Below, piece after piece: positions 1 to 12,660 of a stretch of DNA of 64,000 bases (position 1 is the stretch's first letter; each line of letters begins with the position of its first letter). The notes beneath the pieces were generated by a model. That model searched no databases. It saw only the letters and a list, made by a program, of their open reading frames with translations, and was not told where the DNA came from. Source of the DNA: Guillardia theta CCMP2712 (Eukaryota; Protista; Cryptophyta). The DNA lies in the NCBI RefSeq assembly GCF_000315625.1, contig NW_005434574.1, positions 71,214-135,213 of the forward strand, read 5' to 3'. The position numbers were made by a program, and so were the translations under genes.

Positions 1-19
1 CTAGAAGGGTAGGGTGGTG

Positions 20-680
20 TGCGACTACTCTCACTCGACCGGTAGGGTCCGACGCCGGTACATTCTCGAATCGAGTTTCGGAACGCGCCTCGGACTGTAC
101 CGGTACCGGCGGCCCGTCACGGCCACCGGGTAGCCGAACGGTCAGTAAAGTGACCGTGCTCAGGCTCACGGAGTCCACGGTACGTTGGGCCCTTCAAGGC
201 TTTCTGTACGGTCCCGGTTGCCACCGTCAGTGGCCCGGCCCGGCGGATCGGCAGGCTGGACGAACAAGGAAACGGCAGCGCTGGCACATCGGATGGTCTC
301 TTCAATCTTCAGCCTCGACAAGTCACGCACACTGTGATCCGTGGCACTGTCACGGTGGACTACTACGGTTTGACTTCAACGCGGCGCAGCCGCTGAAACG
401 CATCCGGTCCAGCCCGACTCGGCGAGTCGCGGGTCACCGTACTAGTAGTAGGTTCCGGTATGCGACCGTACAGTCGGCGTCACTGCCGCCGGCGGCTGCT
501 CAGTGACTGTTTCCCACTTTGAAGGGCCGGGCCTTCCGAGTCGGCGTGCCCGGCGCAGTGCGGCGGCGGCTACAGACTCGCCGCCGCGCGGCCGTGACAC
601 TCGGTGGCAGTAATGTGGCGAGGGCCGAGTCAGCCAACGTGGCATCATGACGGTAGTGGCCTGAGCGGGCCGCTCTTAGT
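20..680. other. CpG-rich word-biased intergenic tract (CCGG/CCGGC, TGAGT/ACTCA, CAGTG/CACTG, TCACGG words)
   Basis: Non-tandem but dense reuse of the same 4-6-mers; same vocabulary at 17390-17640, 25910-26400, 28780-29360, 30240-30700, 47220-47650, 49300-49750, 59230-59340. Confidence 0.6.
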
Positions 681-831
681 TCAATAAATAATAGATACGA
701 CACCAACAAAGCAACACTACAATTTTGTAAGTTCTAGTCATGAAAGTATGTATTGAACTTTACTTGTACCTCTTTCATCAGCAAACCCCCCATATCTTCA
801 TTTAAGTCCATCGCCCCGATTTGGATGAATT

Positions 832-1292
832 ATGCGGTTAACGGCTATTCTTTGGCTCTTCATCACGTACTGTGGCCGTGTAGAATCATTGGGCTCCATT
901 CAAAGCTGTTGCCAATGCCCTTCTTTCACGTACTTTTTCAACACCCAATTCGACTCCAGCTGTAGTGGTTGCAATAACAACTTGTATAACTGCTTCTGCA
1001 ACCCCGGCACCTATTCGGACACGCTTTCTTCGTGTGCCGCCTGTCAGAATTGCGGGGTTGGGCAGTATGAAGCGTCGACCTGCAGCTCTTTTTATGACAG
1101 GTCTTGCGTGACTTGCTCGACTGCGGCGTGTGCTGCAGGCACCTACAAATCGCAATCGTGCGCTGACGGCAATCAGCCTTTTGACAAGAAATGTACGGTT
1201 TGTTCATCCTGTTCACGGGGCCAATACATGGTCACTGATTGCCAGTATGGATCCGAAACTAACAACCGTGTCTGTGCACTCTGCACGATCTG
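832..1292 (+). pseudogene. 5' segment (signal peptide + TNFR-like Cys repeats) of a giant Cys-rich surface protein gene, cut by an inversion
   Basis: MRLTAILWLFITYCGRVESLG signal-like start; CxxCxxCxxGQY...C....DR.C repeats; ends abruptly at CALCTI-TGA exactly where the minus-strand Cys-rich ORF ends. Confidence 0.75.
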
Positions 1293-4200
1293 ATCGATAC
1301 GCTGCCAGTAAACTGCGTCGTCATTGTCACTGGGCAATTAACGCAGGGTTCGAAGCTCCTGACTGACTTGTAAGTGCCAGCGGAGCAGTTGGTGCAGTTG
1401 TAGAAGTTGCTGCCGTATTGGCCCAGCGGGCAGAAGTCCAGCTCTGCCAGCCAGCCGTATCTGCAAGTGCAATTATCCGAAGAGATAGAGCCGGCAAGAC
1501 TGTAGGAGTTGTGCGGGCAGGGATTGACGCTGGTGCCGTTCGGACAGTAGAAGTTTGGCGGGCAGAGGACGCAGGCGATTCCGACTTGAAAGTAGCCCGG
1601 GAGGCAAAGGCACTGCGACAGAAGGATCGATCCGCGTGGAGAGCTGGAAAACTGCGGGCAGCGCAGAAAGAAGTCGCCACCGGGGCAGTAGGTCGCATTG
1701 GCACACTGGTTGCAGCCATCAGCGCCATTGCCGTAGTAGCCCGGATTGCAGGTGCAGTCGGTTGCTTCTATCGTACGATTCGTCGTCTTAGTGGAAGAGT
1801 GTGGAGTGCAAGGGATGCAAGGGGTTGAAGCAGCGTAATCGGGCTGGTAAGTATCCATGCTGCAAACTTCGCACGGCTTGCCCTGCGGCGAATCTGCAGT
1901 CTTGAACTTGCCAGGAACGCAGGCAACGCAGACGCCTAGTGACTGGTTGTAGTAGCCGGGATCGCAGGAGCAGGACGATATCTGCGTAGAACCGTTGGTG
2001 TTGCTATGCGAATGGTTAGGGCAGGGCAGGCAGGCGCCAATCACGGCTATGTCAGGATTGTACGTGCTGGCAGGGCAATTCTGGCACGACTTCAACGCAA
2101 TATCGTAGTAGGTGCCGGAAGGACAGGGCAGGCAGTATCCAAGCACGTCGGAATAGCTGCGGTAGTAGCCAGGAACGCAGCTGCATTCGTAGCTCCCGGT
2201 AGCGCTCTTGGCGTAGGTAAAGCAGGGCTTGCAAGTGGTAGCCGCTACAGCGCCGATCTGTGCGGAAAACGTGTCGGAAGGACAGGGCGTACAGGCGTTG
2301 TCGGATATTTGATCCTTGTAGTAGCCTTTAGAGCAGGGAATGCAGGTTTTGGATCCGCCGGCAATCAAAGGCTCGTAACCAACCTGGCAAAGGCAGCTGG
2401 AAATCAGACTGGATCCGTTCGCCAGTGTTGTCGTTAGCGCCGGACATGGCAGGCAATCATCGATCGTGACGGAAGCTGTCTTTTCCATGTAGAATCCGAC
2501 GGCGCAGGCAACGCAGGGCCCTTTCCCTTGGTAGTTCTTGTAGTATCCGGATTGGCAGGCCGCGCAGGCAACTCCGTCGCTGTTAGCAGTGTATCCTTCC
2601 TTGCATCTGCAGGCCAGAACGTTCACCGAAGAGCTCGGCGCTATCGAATTGGAAGGGCAGGGTAAACAGCTGGCAACGCTGGCAGATAGCGTGGTAATGG
2701 AGTAGGTGTCAGCAGGACAATCCTTGCAGGCTTCCGTCCCGTTTCCGTATCGTCCAAGTCCGCAGCTTACGCAATCAACGCCTATCTTCTGGAAGCCGGA
2801 ATCACACTTGCAGTCTTCCAACTTAAAAGCTCCGGGTATGGAAGTGGAATGCAGCGGGCAGCTGCTGCATTGAATGACGCTGGTAGCGCCTATCGCGGAA
2901 CTGTAAGTGTTGGCAGGGCAGAGGGTGCAGTCAGACGAAGCGACGAAATTCTTGTACTTTCCGGCAGCGCACGGGACGCATCCGTTGGAACCATTGAAAC
3001 TGGTGTAGCCGGCTACGCACAGGCAGTCTTCGATCCTGGAAGAGCCAGCAATGGAAGCGGTGAAAGTGGGACAGGGCTTGCAGGCCTTGTCTAACGCATA
3101 GGCTTCCGAATAGTAGTTTTCAGGACAGGGAGCGCAGGCGTAATCGCCAAGGTTGATTTTGTTCGTCCCAGGCTCGCAGGGGGCGCAGTAAACGTTGCTG
3201 TTTGGTGCTTGCGTGATCGTTGTTTCGCTGTGCCTGTAGCCGGGAAGGCAGAGACAGGAGCCGAAGCTGGAAGAGCCGCGACTAGATGTGGAATTGGAAG
3301 GACAGAGCTGGCATACAGTGGATTGCGTTACATCGGAATAAGTCCCTACAGCACAACTTTCGCAGACGCTGGAAGAAGAAGCGCCGACAACCTTCGAAAA
3401 AGTGCCAAGCGGGCAGGGAAGGCAGCGTGAAGAGCTGATAGCAGCAGTCTCCGATTGGTAGGTTCCGGCTGGGCAGAGCGTACAGTTTCCACTGCCAGCA
3501 CTGTTCTTGTAAGATCCAGCGGCACAAGGCAGGCAGTCAGCGCCGAAATAGCCCTGCTTGCAGATACACAGCGAAGCATCAGTGCTTCCATCCCCGATGG
3601 CGAACTTACCGGCACCGCAGACAGTGCATTCGCTGTTGCCAATCGCTGGCTTGAACGTTCCTGGTAAGCAGGGCTGGCAGCTGCCGTCGACCAGCAAGAA
3701 GTATCCCGCCAGACAGACGCATTCTGAAGCTGACTTGGAGCTGTAGATCGCTGTAGTCTTCGAAGCAGGGCACGAAGCGCAGAAGGTAAGACCAGCAGAA
3801 GGATTGTAAGAACCGAGCTGGCATTGACTGCATGAAACATAGCCCGTTCCTTCATATCCGACGCTGCAGAGACAGTCAGTCTTCGCTTCGCTACCTTGCA
3901 TGAAAGTTATCGCGTTGGCAGCGCAAGGCGTGCAGTTTCCGTTGCCGACAAAATCTTTGTACTTGCCAATCGGGCAGGCAGAGCATCCGGAAGCTGCGCT
4001 CCAGCCGAATCCCTTGTCACACTGGCAGTCTGTCGAAGCGTTGCTTCCGCTGCTGGAAACAGAGCCGCTGGGGCAGGGAGAGCAAAACTTCAAGCTGTTA
4101 AGGTAAGAGTTCGGCGGACAGACAGAGCATGTAAGGTTCTGAATAAAGGGCAGTATTACAAAGTCACCAACATAGACGCTTCCGTATTCGGCCTGCAGCG

Positions 4201-6871
4201 CAACAAACCCCCTCCCTCCCATTACTTGCAGCAAAGCGTCAGTAAGCGACTTCTGATTGCCAAGAATCGCAATCCTCCCTCCAGCGCCGCCGCCGCCAGT
4301 CCTGATCGACTTATCCGCATTCCCGCCATTGCACTGTATCAGGCCCGTCACCGTCACGTACGGCGCTGAAAGCAGCACGCTTCCGCCGCTCCCTCCCCCT
4401 CCCAGCCTGATCGCATCGACAGAATTGTACAGGCTACTATCCCCGCCGTTGGCAAGCAGCGACCCGCCGATCAGGATGCTTTCGAAGGATGATATCGTCA
4501 AAGAACCACCGCCCGCGCCACCATCGTTGGAAGAAGGAGCAGGAAGATCGCAGGTCCCACCACCCCCGCCGCCGCTGCCAAGAACGCTGCTGGCAGACCA
4601 ATCACTGTAGATATCCAGCGCCCCGTAAGCAGACAGCGCAGGAAACGACCCGTCTCCTCCCCTCCCGCCATAGCTGCCACCAGCCCCGCCATACCAACAA
4701 GCTGTAGCGGCCGGCCCACCTCCCCTACCGGACCCTGCTTGAATCGGGGATGATAGATTCGCGCTGCCGCCCTTCCCGCCCCTGCCGCTGACGTCGATGG
4801 TGGCGTTGATGACTACGGCTTGGACGGAGTGAAGGACCAGCGGATAGCTGCCAGAAACCGCCACTATGACGTTCTTCCCCAGTAGCAAGGAGGAGAAGTA
4901 GATCTGGCAGCTTTCGTTCAGGATCTGGCCCGGCAGCACGTGTTCGGAATTGACGATGAAGGAAAGGCTGCAGACGTCAGTGTCGATGGTGACAATGCCG
5001 GAAGAAAGTTCCAGATAGTTGAAACCCAGATAGCCTACGTCGCAGGTGCAATTCGTCCTTCCGGTTGAAGAATAGCTGTTGGCAGGGCAGGCGATGCAAT
5101 CGTTGCTGGCAAGGCTGTGGTAGGTGTTGGCAGGGCAGGGGAAGCAGGTGTAGCTGTTCAAGCGTCCGTAGCCCGGCGGACAGAAGCACTGGTTGATTGA
5201 AGTCGATCCGATGCTGGAAGTCATGCCTGCTGGACAGCGATCGCATATTCCGGACGCGTTCAGGTAGAAATTTGCGTTGCAGGAGCATTCGTAGCTCCCG
5301 TACGTGTTGGTGCAGACGGAGTTCAATCCGCAGCGCTGGCCGGAAAGGCATTCGTTGATGTCATAGCAGACAGAAGCGTTCCAGTCGAACTGGAAGCCGT
5401 TGCCGCAATAAATGCAGCTGTTGATCGTCTGGCTGAAGATCCCTTCCGTGCACTTACAGAACGTGCTGTTTGCATTCGAAACGCTGTTTCCAGGGCACTT
5501 CTTGCATATCGGCAGTCCAGTCTTTGCGTCAATCCCCGCCGTGTAGTAGTTGATCTGGCAGACGCAATCGTTGATGGTTTTTGCAGGGCCAACTGTTGTC
5601 ATCGTTTGCGGACAGGCCTTCAACTCCGTCCTGCACTGCCGGCATTGGCCGTATACATCTTTGTAGTATCCAACAGGGCAAAGGCAGAGCTCCAGATCCG
5701 TCGCACCTTCAAAGGAATGCAGCCCGGCAGGGCAGAGCAAGGGAGAGGCACTGTAGCACGGCATGCAGTAGCCGTCAATGGGTAGAAGGTAGGAGCCTGT
5801 CCCGCACTGGCAGTCGGTGATATCTGTCGAGCCCATCGCACTGTAAGATCCGACGGGGCATTTCTGGCAGCTTCCAGAGCCCCTTTCGGACTTGTAAGTG
5901 TTGAAAGGGCAGGGAGCGCAGCCGTCCTGATAGGGATAGTAGCCCTTCCGGCAAAGGCAGGTCCTGTTAAGAAAGCTGGTATAGACGACTTCCATGTTAT
6001 TCGGGCATTGGATGCAGGCGTCCAGCGTGCTGTTGGTAGTCAGAAGGTAGTCCGGGCAGGGCAGACAAGATCCGTTGGCCACGCCGTAGTAGCCAGAGCC
6101 GCAGGCGCAGTCGCTGAAAGAAGTGCTGCCGGAAAAGTAGGTGGAATACGGCACCGGGCAGGATTCGCAGCCGTAATTTCCGACGGTGCTCTTGAACTTG
6201 CCAACAGGGCAATACTGGCAGATCTGGCTGAAGGCGATGCCGTCAATGGTTACAGGGATGGATACCGGCGTCATCTGATAGCCCTTTGCACAGGTGCAGT
6301 TCAGTATTGAAGTGCTGGCGATATCCATAGTCACCATGTTGAACGGACAGCGCGTGCAGTAGTCGGGACCGGCAGTGCTTTTGAAGTATCCATCATCGCA
6401 GGGGATACAGATGCCACCAGCCGCGCCGTAATAGCCGGCAGGGCAGTAGCAATTGACGACACTGGAAGAGCCGATGCCGGAAACCATCCGATAAGGGCAG
6501 CTTTTGCACTTGAAGAGCCCGGCAACGTCACTGTATGTGCTTTCAGGGCATTGGACGATGTAGTAGCCGCCAACAGACAGCGTTGAAAGCAACCTTCTGC
6601 CACCGGGTGAAGCGGACTGATAGAAGCCAGGCGCAGCAACGCAGTCGGTGGATGAATTACTCCCCTCCTTACTGACAGTGTTTGGCGAACAGGAAAGGCA
6701 GGATAGCAGCCCGGCAACATCGCTGTAATGATCGGGCGGGCAGGGGTAGCAGGGGACGCTTCCGTTAAGCGAAAAGAAGCCCGGCCCGCAAAGGCAGCTA
6801 CCAATCGAAACCGAACCCGTGCCGGAAGTGACGCCAGGGTACGGGCAGGCGGTGCAGTCCTGATTGCCGCT
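1293..6871 (-). pseudogene. Inverted middle segment, part B: GCC2/GCC3 (ephrin-receptor-like) Cys repeats, Ca-binding EGF, Gly-rich domain
   Basis: ORF 1259..6904; dozens of CxxCPxGxYK...GxxxCxxCP...SxxxCxCxxG units; DINECLSGQRCGLNSVCTNTYGSYECSC (~5260-5365); GGGSGGSVLL...GGGGAGGRIAI Gly-rich domain (~4150-4960); no introns. Confidence 0.8.
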
Positions 6872-9800
6872 GCCATGATGGATTTGAACTGGTTGAAGGG
6901 GCAAGCGCTGCAGGTGCGCGGTGCGCTAAGGTAGAATCCAGCCTTGCAGACGCAGGCATCGATGGAAACGCTCCCAATCGCGCTTACAGAGTTGGAAAAG
7001 CAAGAAACACAGGAGCCAGCAGACCAATACTTGTTTTCAGGGCATTGGATGCAATCCACCTTGCCTGCCGCCCCTGCGTTGTAGTAGCCGGCGACGCACT
7101 TGCAATCCGTTATGGCGACAGAAGCGGTCTGATTCGCGAAGGAATTGGCTGGGCACTGCGTGCATTGGAAGGAGCCGGTTATGTTCTTGTATTCGCCGGC
7201 AGGACAGGGCTCGCATTGGTTGCTTCCCGTCCCCCTGTAGCCAACAAGACAGAAGCAGGCGGATACATCAACAGACCCTTGCTTGATCGTCGAAGCATGG
7301 TCAGGGCATTGGGTGCAAAGCGCGTTCTTTGCCACGTCCTTGTACTTTCCAATCGCGCAGGCAGTGCAGGCAGTGCCAGAGCCGCCGTATCCCCTGTCGC
7401 AGAAGCAGGAATCGATGGCAACGCTGCGCTGGACGCTGGTCGACCCCGTTGGGCATGTTTTGCATATCGACCCGTCGTAGTAAGTGCCAGGTTTGCAGAT
7501 AGAGCAGCTTCCATCGGTGTTGGACGAAAAGCCCTGCGCGCAGGCGCAATCGTAGATCGTTATAGAGCCTTCGATGCTGTCAGAATTCGCCGGACAGTCG
7601 TTGCAAGGCCCGGGCCCAAAGTCCTTGTACGTCCCCCTTGGACAGATGGTGCAGGCTTGGCCGTCAGAACCGTAATAGCCCGCGTTACAGAAGCACTGTT
7701 CCAAGCTGTAAGAGCCCGACGACGCAGTGTGCGTGTTGGCAGGGCAGAGCGTGCAGGGCTGGTAGATCGAAGGCTTGTAGTATCCGACGGAGCAACCGAC
7801 GCAGCTGGAACCGATCAGCTCTTTGCCTAGCGGACAGGAACAGGAAGTAGAAGCGTTCGCCGACGTAAGGCCAGAAGGGCAAGGCAGGCAGGAACTGCCA
7901 CGCTGGTAAGTCCCTTCCTTGCAGGGGGTGCAGATGCCGTCGACTGGGATGTATCCTTCTATGCAGGTGCATTGAAGCGCGCTGGTAGAGCCGGCGGAAC
8001 TTAACAGGCCCTTCGGACAAGAGAAAAGGAACGTCAGACCAACCATACAGCTCTGATTCCTGCTGTGCGTGGTGGTATTTTCAGGGCAGGAGCAGATGAC
8101 GTACGTTTCATTGACGATGGTGGTGATGTAGGTCGAAGGACAGGGGCTTTGCTGGTAGACGCAGGTGCCGTTGACATCTAGAAAGCCATCCACACAAACG
8201 CATTCAAGCGACTGCGAAGAAGGTGAATACTGCAGCGTTCCGTTGCAAGAACCGCGGGTGTAAACGCAGGCAAGGTCGCAGGAATAATATCTTCCAGTCC
8301 CGCTTCCAACGATCTTGCATCGATCCGTCGCCGAACTTCGGACGTATCCGGTGTAGACGACCGGCAGCCCTTCCGGATTCGAAGCGGGCGGCAGTTCGTA
8401 GGGCGTGTAGCTCTTGTTGCAGACGCAGTAGGAGCTGCCGACGGAAGACGTGCTGTTTCCAGGGCAGGAAAGGCAGGCATTATCCGATGTGCTGTTCAAG
8501 GAGTACGTGCCCGCCGGACAGCGCGTGCAGGGGACATTTCCGTTTGGATTGCCGTAGTAGCCAGAAGGGCAGTAGCAGGAAAGGAAATAGCCCTGCTTTG
8601 GAGCGTAATAGATCACGATGTTGGTCTTGAAAGCATAGCCCTCTGTCACACAGAACAGTGTCTGACAGGAAGCAAGCGAAGGGCTAAGTGCAGGTGCAGA
8701 TTTTCCACTGGGACAGACCTTGCAGAACGATATGTTTCCAGCCGTCAGATCGACGCCGGTGGAATAAGTGTCTGCTGGACAGGGATTGCAGACTGTCTGC
8801 CCATCACCCACGTAGCCGGCCATGCAGCGACATTTCCGTTCGAACGCGTAAGTTGAAATGTTCACTGGTGGGCTGTAGGGATCATACTGCAATATCTGCG
8901 TGGTAGTGTAGTTGCCGTCAATCGGAACGCTGACATCCATGCTGCATTGCGGTATGTAGCAATCGATCAGCGAAGTCGAGCCAGGCTGCGAAACTTGGCC
9001 GAAAGGGCAGTCGTGGCAGAAATCGGGCGTTACTTCGTAGAAGGAAAGCACCAGAAGGCTTTCGCTTGCAAGGATGATCGAACGCTTCTTGATGTCAGGG
9101 ATGAACTTGCTGAAAGTTACGCCATTGACCCGTTTGAAGTCTTTTACCTGTTTACTCTTCGCGTCTACAAGCTGCAATCTGCCGTCAGTGGAAGCTATCA
9201 AGATCTGATCCTGCGTCGGACTGACTATCAGACCCAAGACATTGGAAAAGGTATAATATGCCGTGTTCTGGTAGAAGGGGCTAAGGAACGCTTCGCTCCC
9301 CACCGCCGCAACCGATCCTGGAATGTTGACAAGAAAAAGGGAGTTGGAAGACATCGCCCATACGGTTTCCGTCTTGTGCGCGTAAGCAATGCAGACAGGG
9401 GTGAAGGAGACAGTGAACGTTACAACTTTGAAATTGGAAAGATCCACCTTGCGGATTCCATTCAGGCCCGTCTCTAGAACTACCATGTAGGCGCTGTCGT
9501 AGCTGACGTCGGCGGCAAAGGCGTTGCTGAATGAAGCCGCGGATCCAATCCCGTCCGTGCTGGTAGTGCTGCTGGAAGTGCCAATGACGATCGTCTTGAT
9601 GTAGGACTTTAGGCTTGTCATCGATACAAAAGAGCCCTTTTCGAACACGAATGCGTAGTTGCTGTCCTTGGTGATCTGGATCAGCTTCGGATTGGCGTAG
9701 GAAAGAACGTTGTTGTTGACGTCCCTGCTGACGGCCCAACCCACCTGCCGCTCTTTGTCAAGGATGTAGAGCACGGAAGAAGTTGAATCTTCCACCCTGA

Positions 9801-10446
9801 AGAAGTGGCTCTGGTTGAAGACGATGGACGAAGTATAACCCTGGATGACCACCAGCGGGGAATAGGTGATGGTCGTGTCCTGTCCGAACTTGCTGGTTCC
9901 GTATTGCTCCGGTCCGCAGCTGGGATTCAGCGTGCTGGAATTCAGGTAGTCGGAAAGATAGCTGATGCAGGACGCACTTCCGGGCTGGACGGAGTAGTAG
10001 CCGTTGGGACAGGGCTGGCAACCGATCGTGCTGGTAGAAAGCGTGTAATCAAGGTACTTTCCAACCGGACACAGATCACAGAACGACTGGCCTGCCGTCA
10101 AAGACCAGGATCCAAGCGGACAGTACTGGCAGGGCGATTCGCCAAGAACGTTCTTGTATTTGCCAGCAGGACAGACGGAACAGGACGATCCAGAAGGTCC
10201 GGTGTAGCCAATGGGACAGACGCATTGGCTGCTGGATGTTGCGCCGGGCAGAGAAGTAGCGTTTTCCGGGCAGTAATTGCAGGCCTGGATGCCAATCGTG
10301 CTCTTGTAAGTGCCAGGGCTGCAGGGGCTACAATCCCTTCCGGAATAAAGCAGTTCAAATTCCGTCAGGCCCCACCACGCCCTGCTACTCCTGCCGAACG
10401 CCGTGTCCTTGCTGACGTTGATCTTCAGGTCCATCGTCAGAGAGAG
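6872..10446 (-). pseudogene. Inverted middle segment, part A: GCC2/GCC3 Cys repeats plus NHL-like beta-propeller region
   Basis: ORF 6331..10434; Cys repeats; DGIGSAASFSNAFAADVS...IRKVDL NHL-like region (~9030-9870); frameshift into part B near 6872-6876. Confidence 0.75.
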
Positions 10447-12660
10447 TCAGCAGCTGCGTCTGCGCGCCAGGATTGACCTTCAGCTTGACAGATCTATGCG
10501 TGCCTTGTCCGATAGCGACCTACAAGACCAACTTCAGTCTGTACGGCTGCCAGTCCTGCCCGCGCTTCTTCACTACGCCTTACAACGCAAGCACCAGCTT
10601 TACAGAATGCACCTGCCTGCCTACCTTTGAAAGAACGGCACAGACAGTCTGCACCTGTCCGAAAGGAAGCGATTTACAAGCTGAAAGCTGCAAGCTCTGT
10701 CCTGTTGGTACGTACAAGAATACGTCATCGTTGGACTCTTGCTATCCCTGCCCGCGCTTCTTCAGCACTGCTTCCAATGGCAGCACCAGCTTCAACAACT
10801 GCAGCTGCGAAGCTACGTTCTACAGGGGAGCGGAGACTGTTTGCACTTGCGCGCTAGGCAAGACGCTTCACGGCGAAATCTGCGTCAGTTGCGACGTCGA
10901 CACCTACAAAGACTTCATCGGATACGATGCCTGTATCAACTGCCCGCCGAATTCTATCACGCTCTCCAACCAATCTTCATCCTTTGATCAGTGTCTTGCT
11001 ATCGCTGGCTATTACCGTGACGGAAGGAACTTTTCGCAGTGCCCAAAAGCCACCTACAAGCCCGTTGTCGGGAATATCAACTGTACAAACTGCCCGATTG
11101 GCTCTACCACCTTTTTCACTGGCTCTATCCCTGCGACAAGCTGCGTATCGGATCTTGGATACTACCAGAAAAGCGACGGAAGCTTCACCTTCTGTGCTAT
11201 TGGTACTTATTCCGATGTAATCAACACGACGACCTGCAAGACCTGCTTCCCTGGCTCTACCACTGCCAGCACAACGGCTACGGCTTCCAGTCTCTGCATT
11301 GCCGACCTTGGCTACTACGGCAGCAGCGGCGTTTTCACGCAGTGTGCGATTGGCACTTACAGCGACCAGATCGGGCTTACTGTTTGCAAGTCATGCGCTG
11401 CTGGTCAGACTACCGGACAGATCGGCTCGAATAACTACCGTCAATGCGGCTTCCAGTGCGTCCCTGGCACTTACAGCTCTAACGGTGTGATGACAAGCCT
11501 GGAAGACTGCGGTGCTATGACTGGCAATTCGCTCTGCACGGGCGGGCAGTCGAGCTATTACAGTTCTCGTGCTTTTCCTTGGAGCTACGCAGTGGATAAC
11601 AATCTTGGCAACTTCATGCATACTGCTTGCGTCGCAACGCGCTATTGGTGGATAGATTTTGGCAGCAGCAAGGACGTTCAGTCAGTAGTGATGTGGAGTA
11701 GAAGCAATTGCTGTTGGGAGCGCGATAGTGGTGATAGGATCTATGTTGGCAACTCCCTGACGCCTACCAGCAACAAACTGTGCGGGATAATGGGACTTTT
11801 TCCAAGTGGAAATTACAACAACACTGTCAACTGCCAGTTCTCCGGCCGCTATCTGTTTGTTTACTATATCGGATACAATATACGACCCGACTACTGCATG
11901 AACTGGGCGGAAATCAACATCCAGGGCTGTCAGAACTGTCCACTGGGCTATTTCCAAGCACAATCAGGCAGAACGAACTGTAGCGCCTGTGCGATCGGCT
12001 CTTACGCTGACGCGCCTGGATCTTCATCTTGCACGGCCTGTCCAACGTTTGCTACCAACGATATTCTGTCCAGCGTTACCATCGAAGATTGCTTCTGCAC
12101 GAAGAACTTCGTTTGGTTGAACCATCAGTGCGTTTGTCCGAAAGGAATGCATCTTTCAAGTTATCAGAACTGCACGGATTGTCCTGCTGGCACGTACAAA
12201 GACAGCTTCAGTCTTTCCGAATGCCAAGTGTGCCCTGCCGATACCTATTCCAGTGCTGGCGCTTCGTTCTGTTCGTCATGCCCGGCGCAGACGCGAAGCT
12301 CTAACTCTTCCAGTTCCATCTGCGACTGTGTTTCCGGCTGCGGATTCGGTTCTTACTGGAACAGTTCGCTTGGGCAGTGCGTTTTCTGCGAAGCTGGCAA
12401 GCTAAGCCCTGCGTATGGCTTGGCAAACAACGGGCAATGCGACAACGCCAGCAGCTGCGCGGCCAACACTTACGCTTCTAACGGGGTATGTATACCCTGC
12501 CCTGATTCCAGGCCTTATTCGCCTGCTGGCTCTACCAACGAATGCTTCTGCACGGCTGACCAATGCCTGCTAACAGCCTGCAACTTCGACGAATATGCAG
12601 AGCCCGGCTACTGTGTCTCTTGTCCTGACTCGAAGCATGTGCCCTGGCCCAGATATGCAA
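10447..12660 (+). pseudogene. Post-inversion segment: GCC2/GCC3 repeats + F-type lectin (fucolectin/F5-8-like) domain
   Basis: ORF 10473..12716 has no ATG or signal peptide and is open upstream (SSCVCAPGLTF); AVDNN...HT...WWIDFG...RSNCCWER at ~11520-11925. Confidence 0.75.

Noticed and set aside
1291-1293. Selenocysteine reading of the in-frame TGA at the re-inverted left junction
   Set aside because: The sequence after it does not continue the Cys repeat and no SECIS was identified; a junction deletion is simpler
1327-10358. Numerous short overlapping or antisense ORFs
   Set aside because: Shadow frames of the GC-rich Cys-repeat coding sequence
1290-10450. Site-specific invertase (shufflon or phase-variation) system
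   Set aside because: Only 4 bp of inverted identity, no recombinase in the window, and additional frameshifts mean re-inversion alone would not restore the protein; kept only as an untested option
12639-12652. GT...AG 14-nt micro-intron to fix the frameshift
   Set aside because: Removing it does not give the required frame, and it is implausibly short
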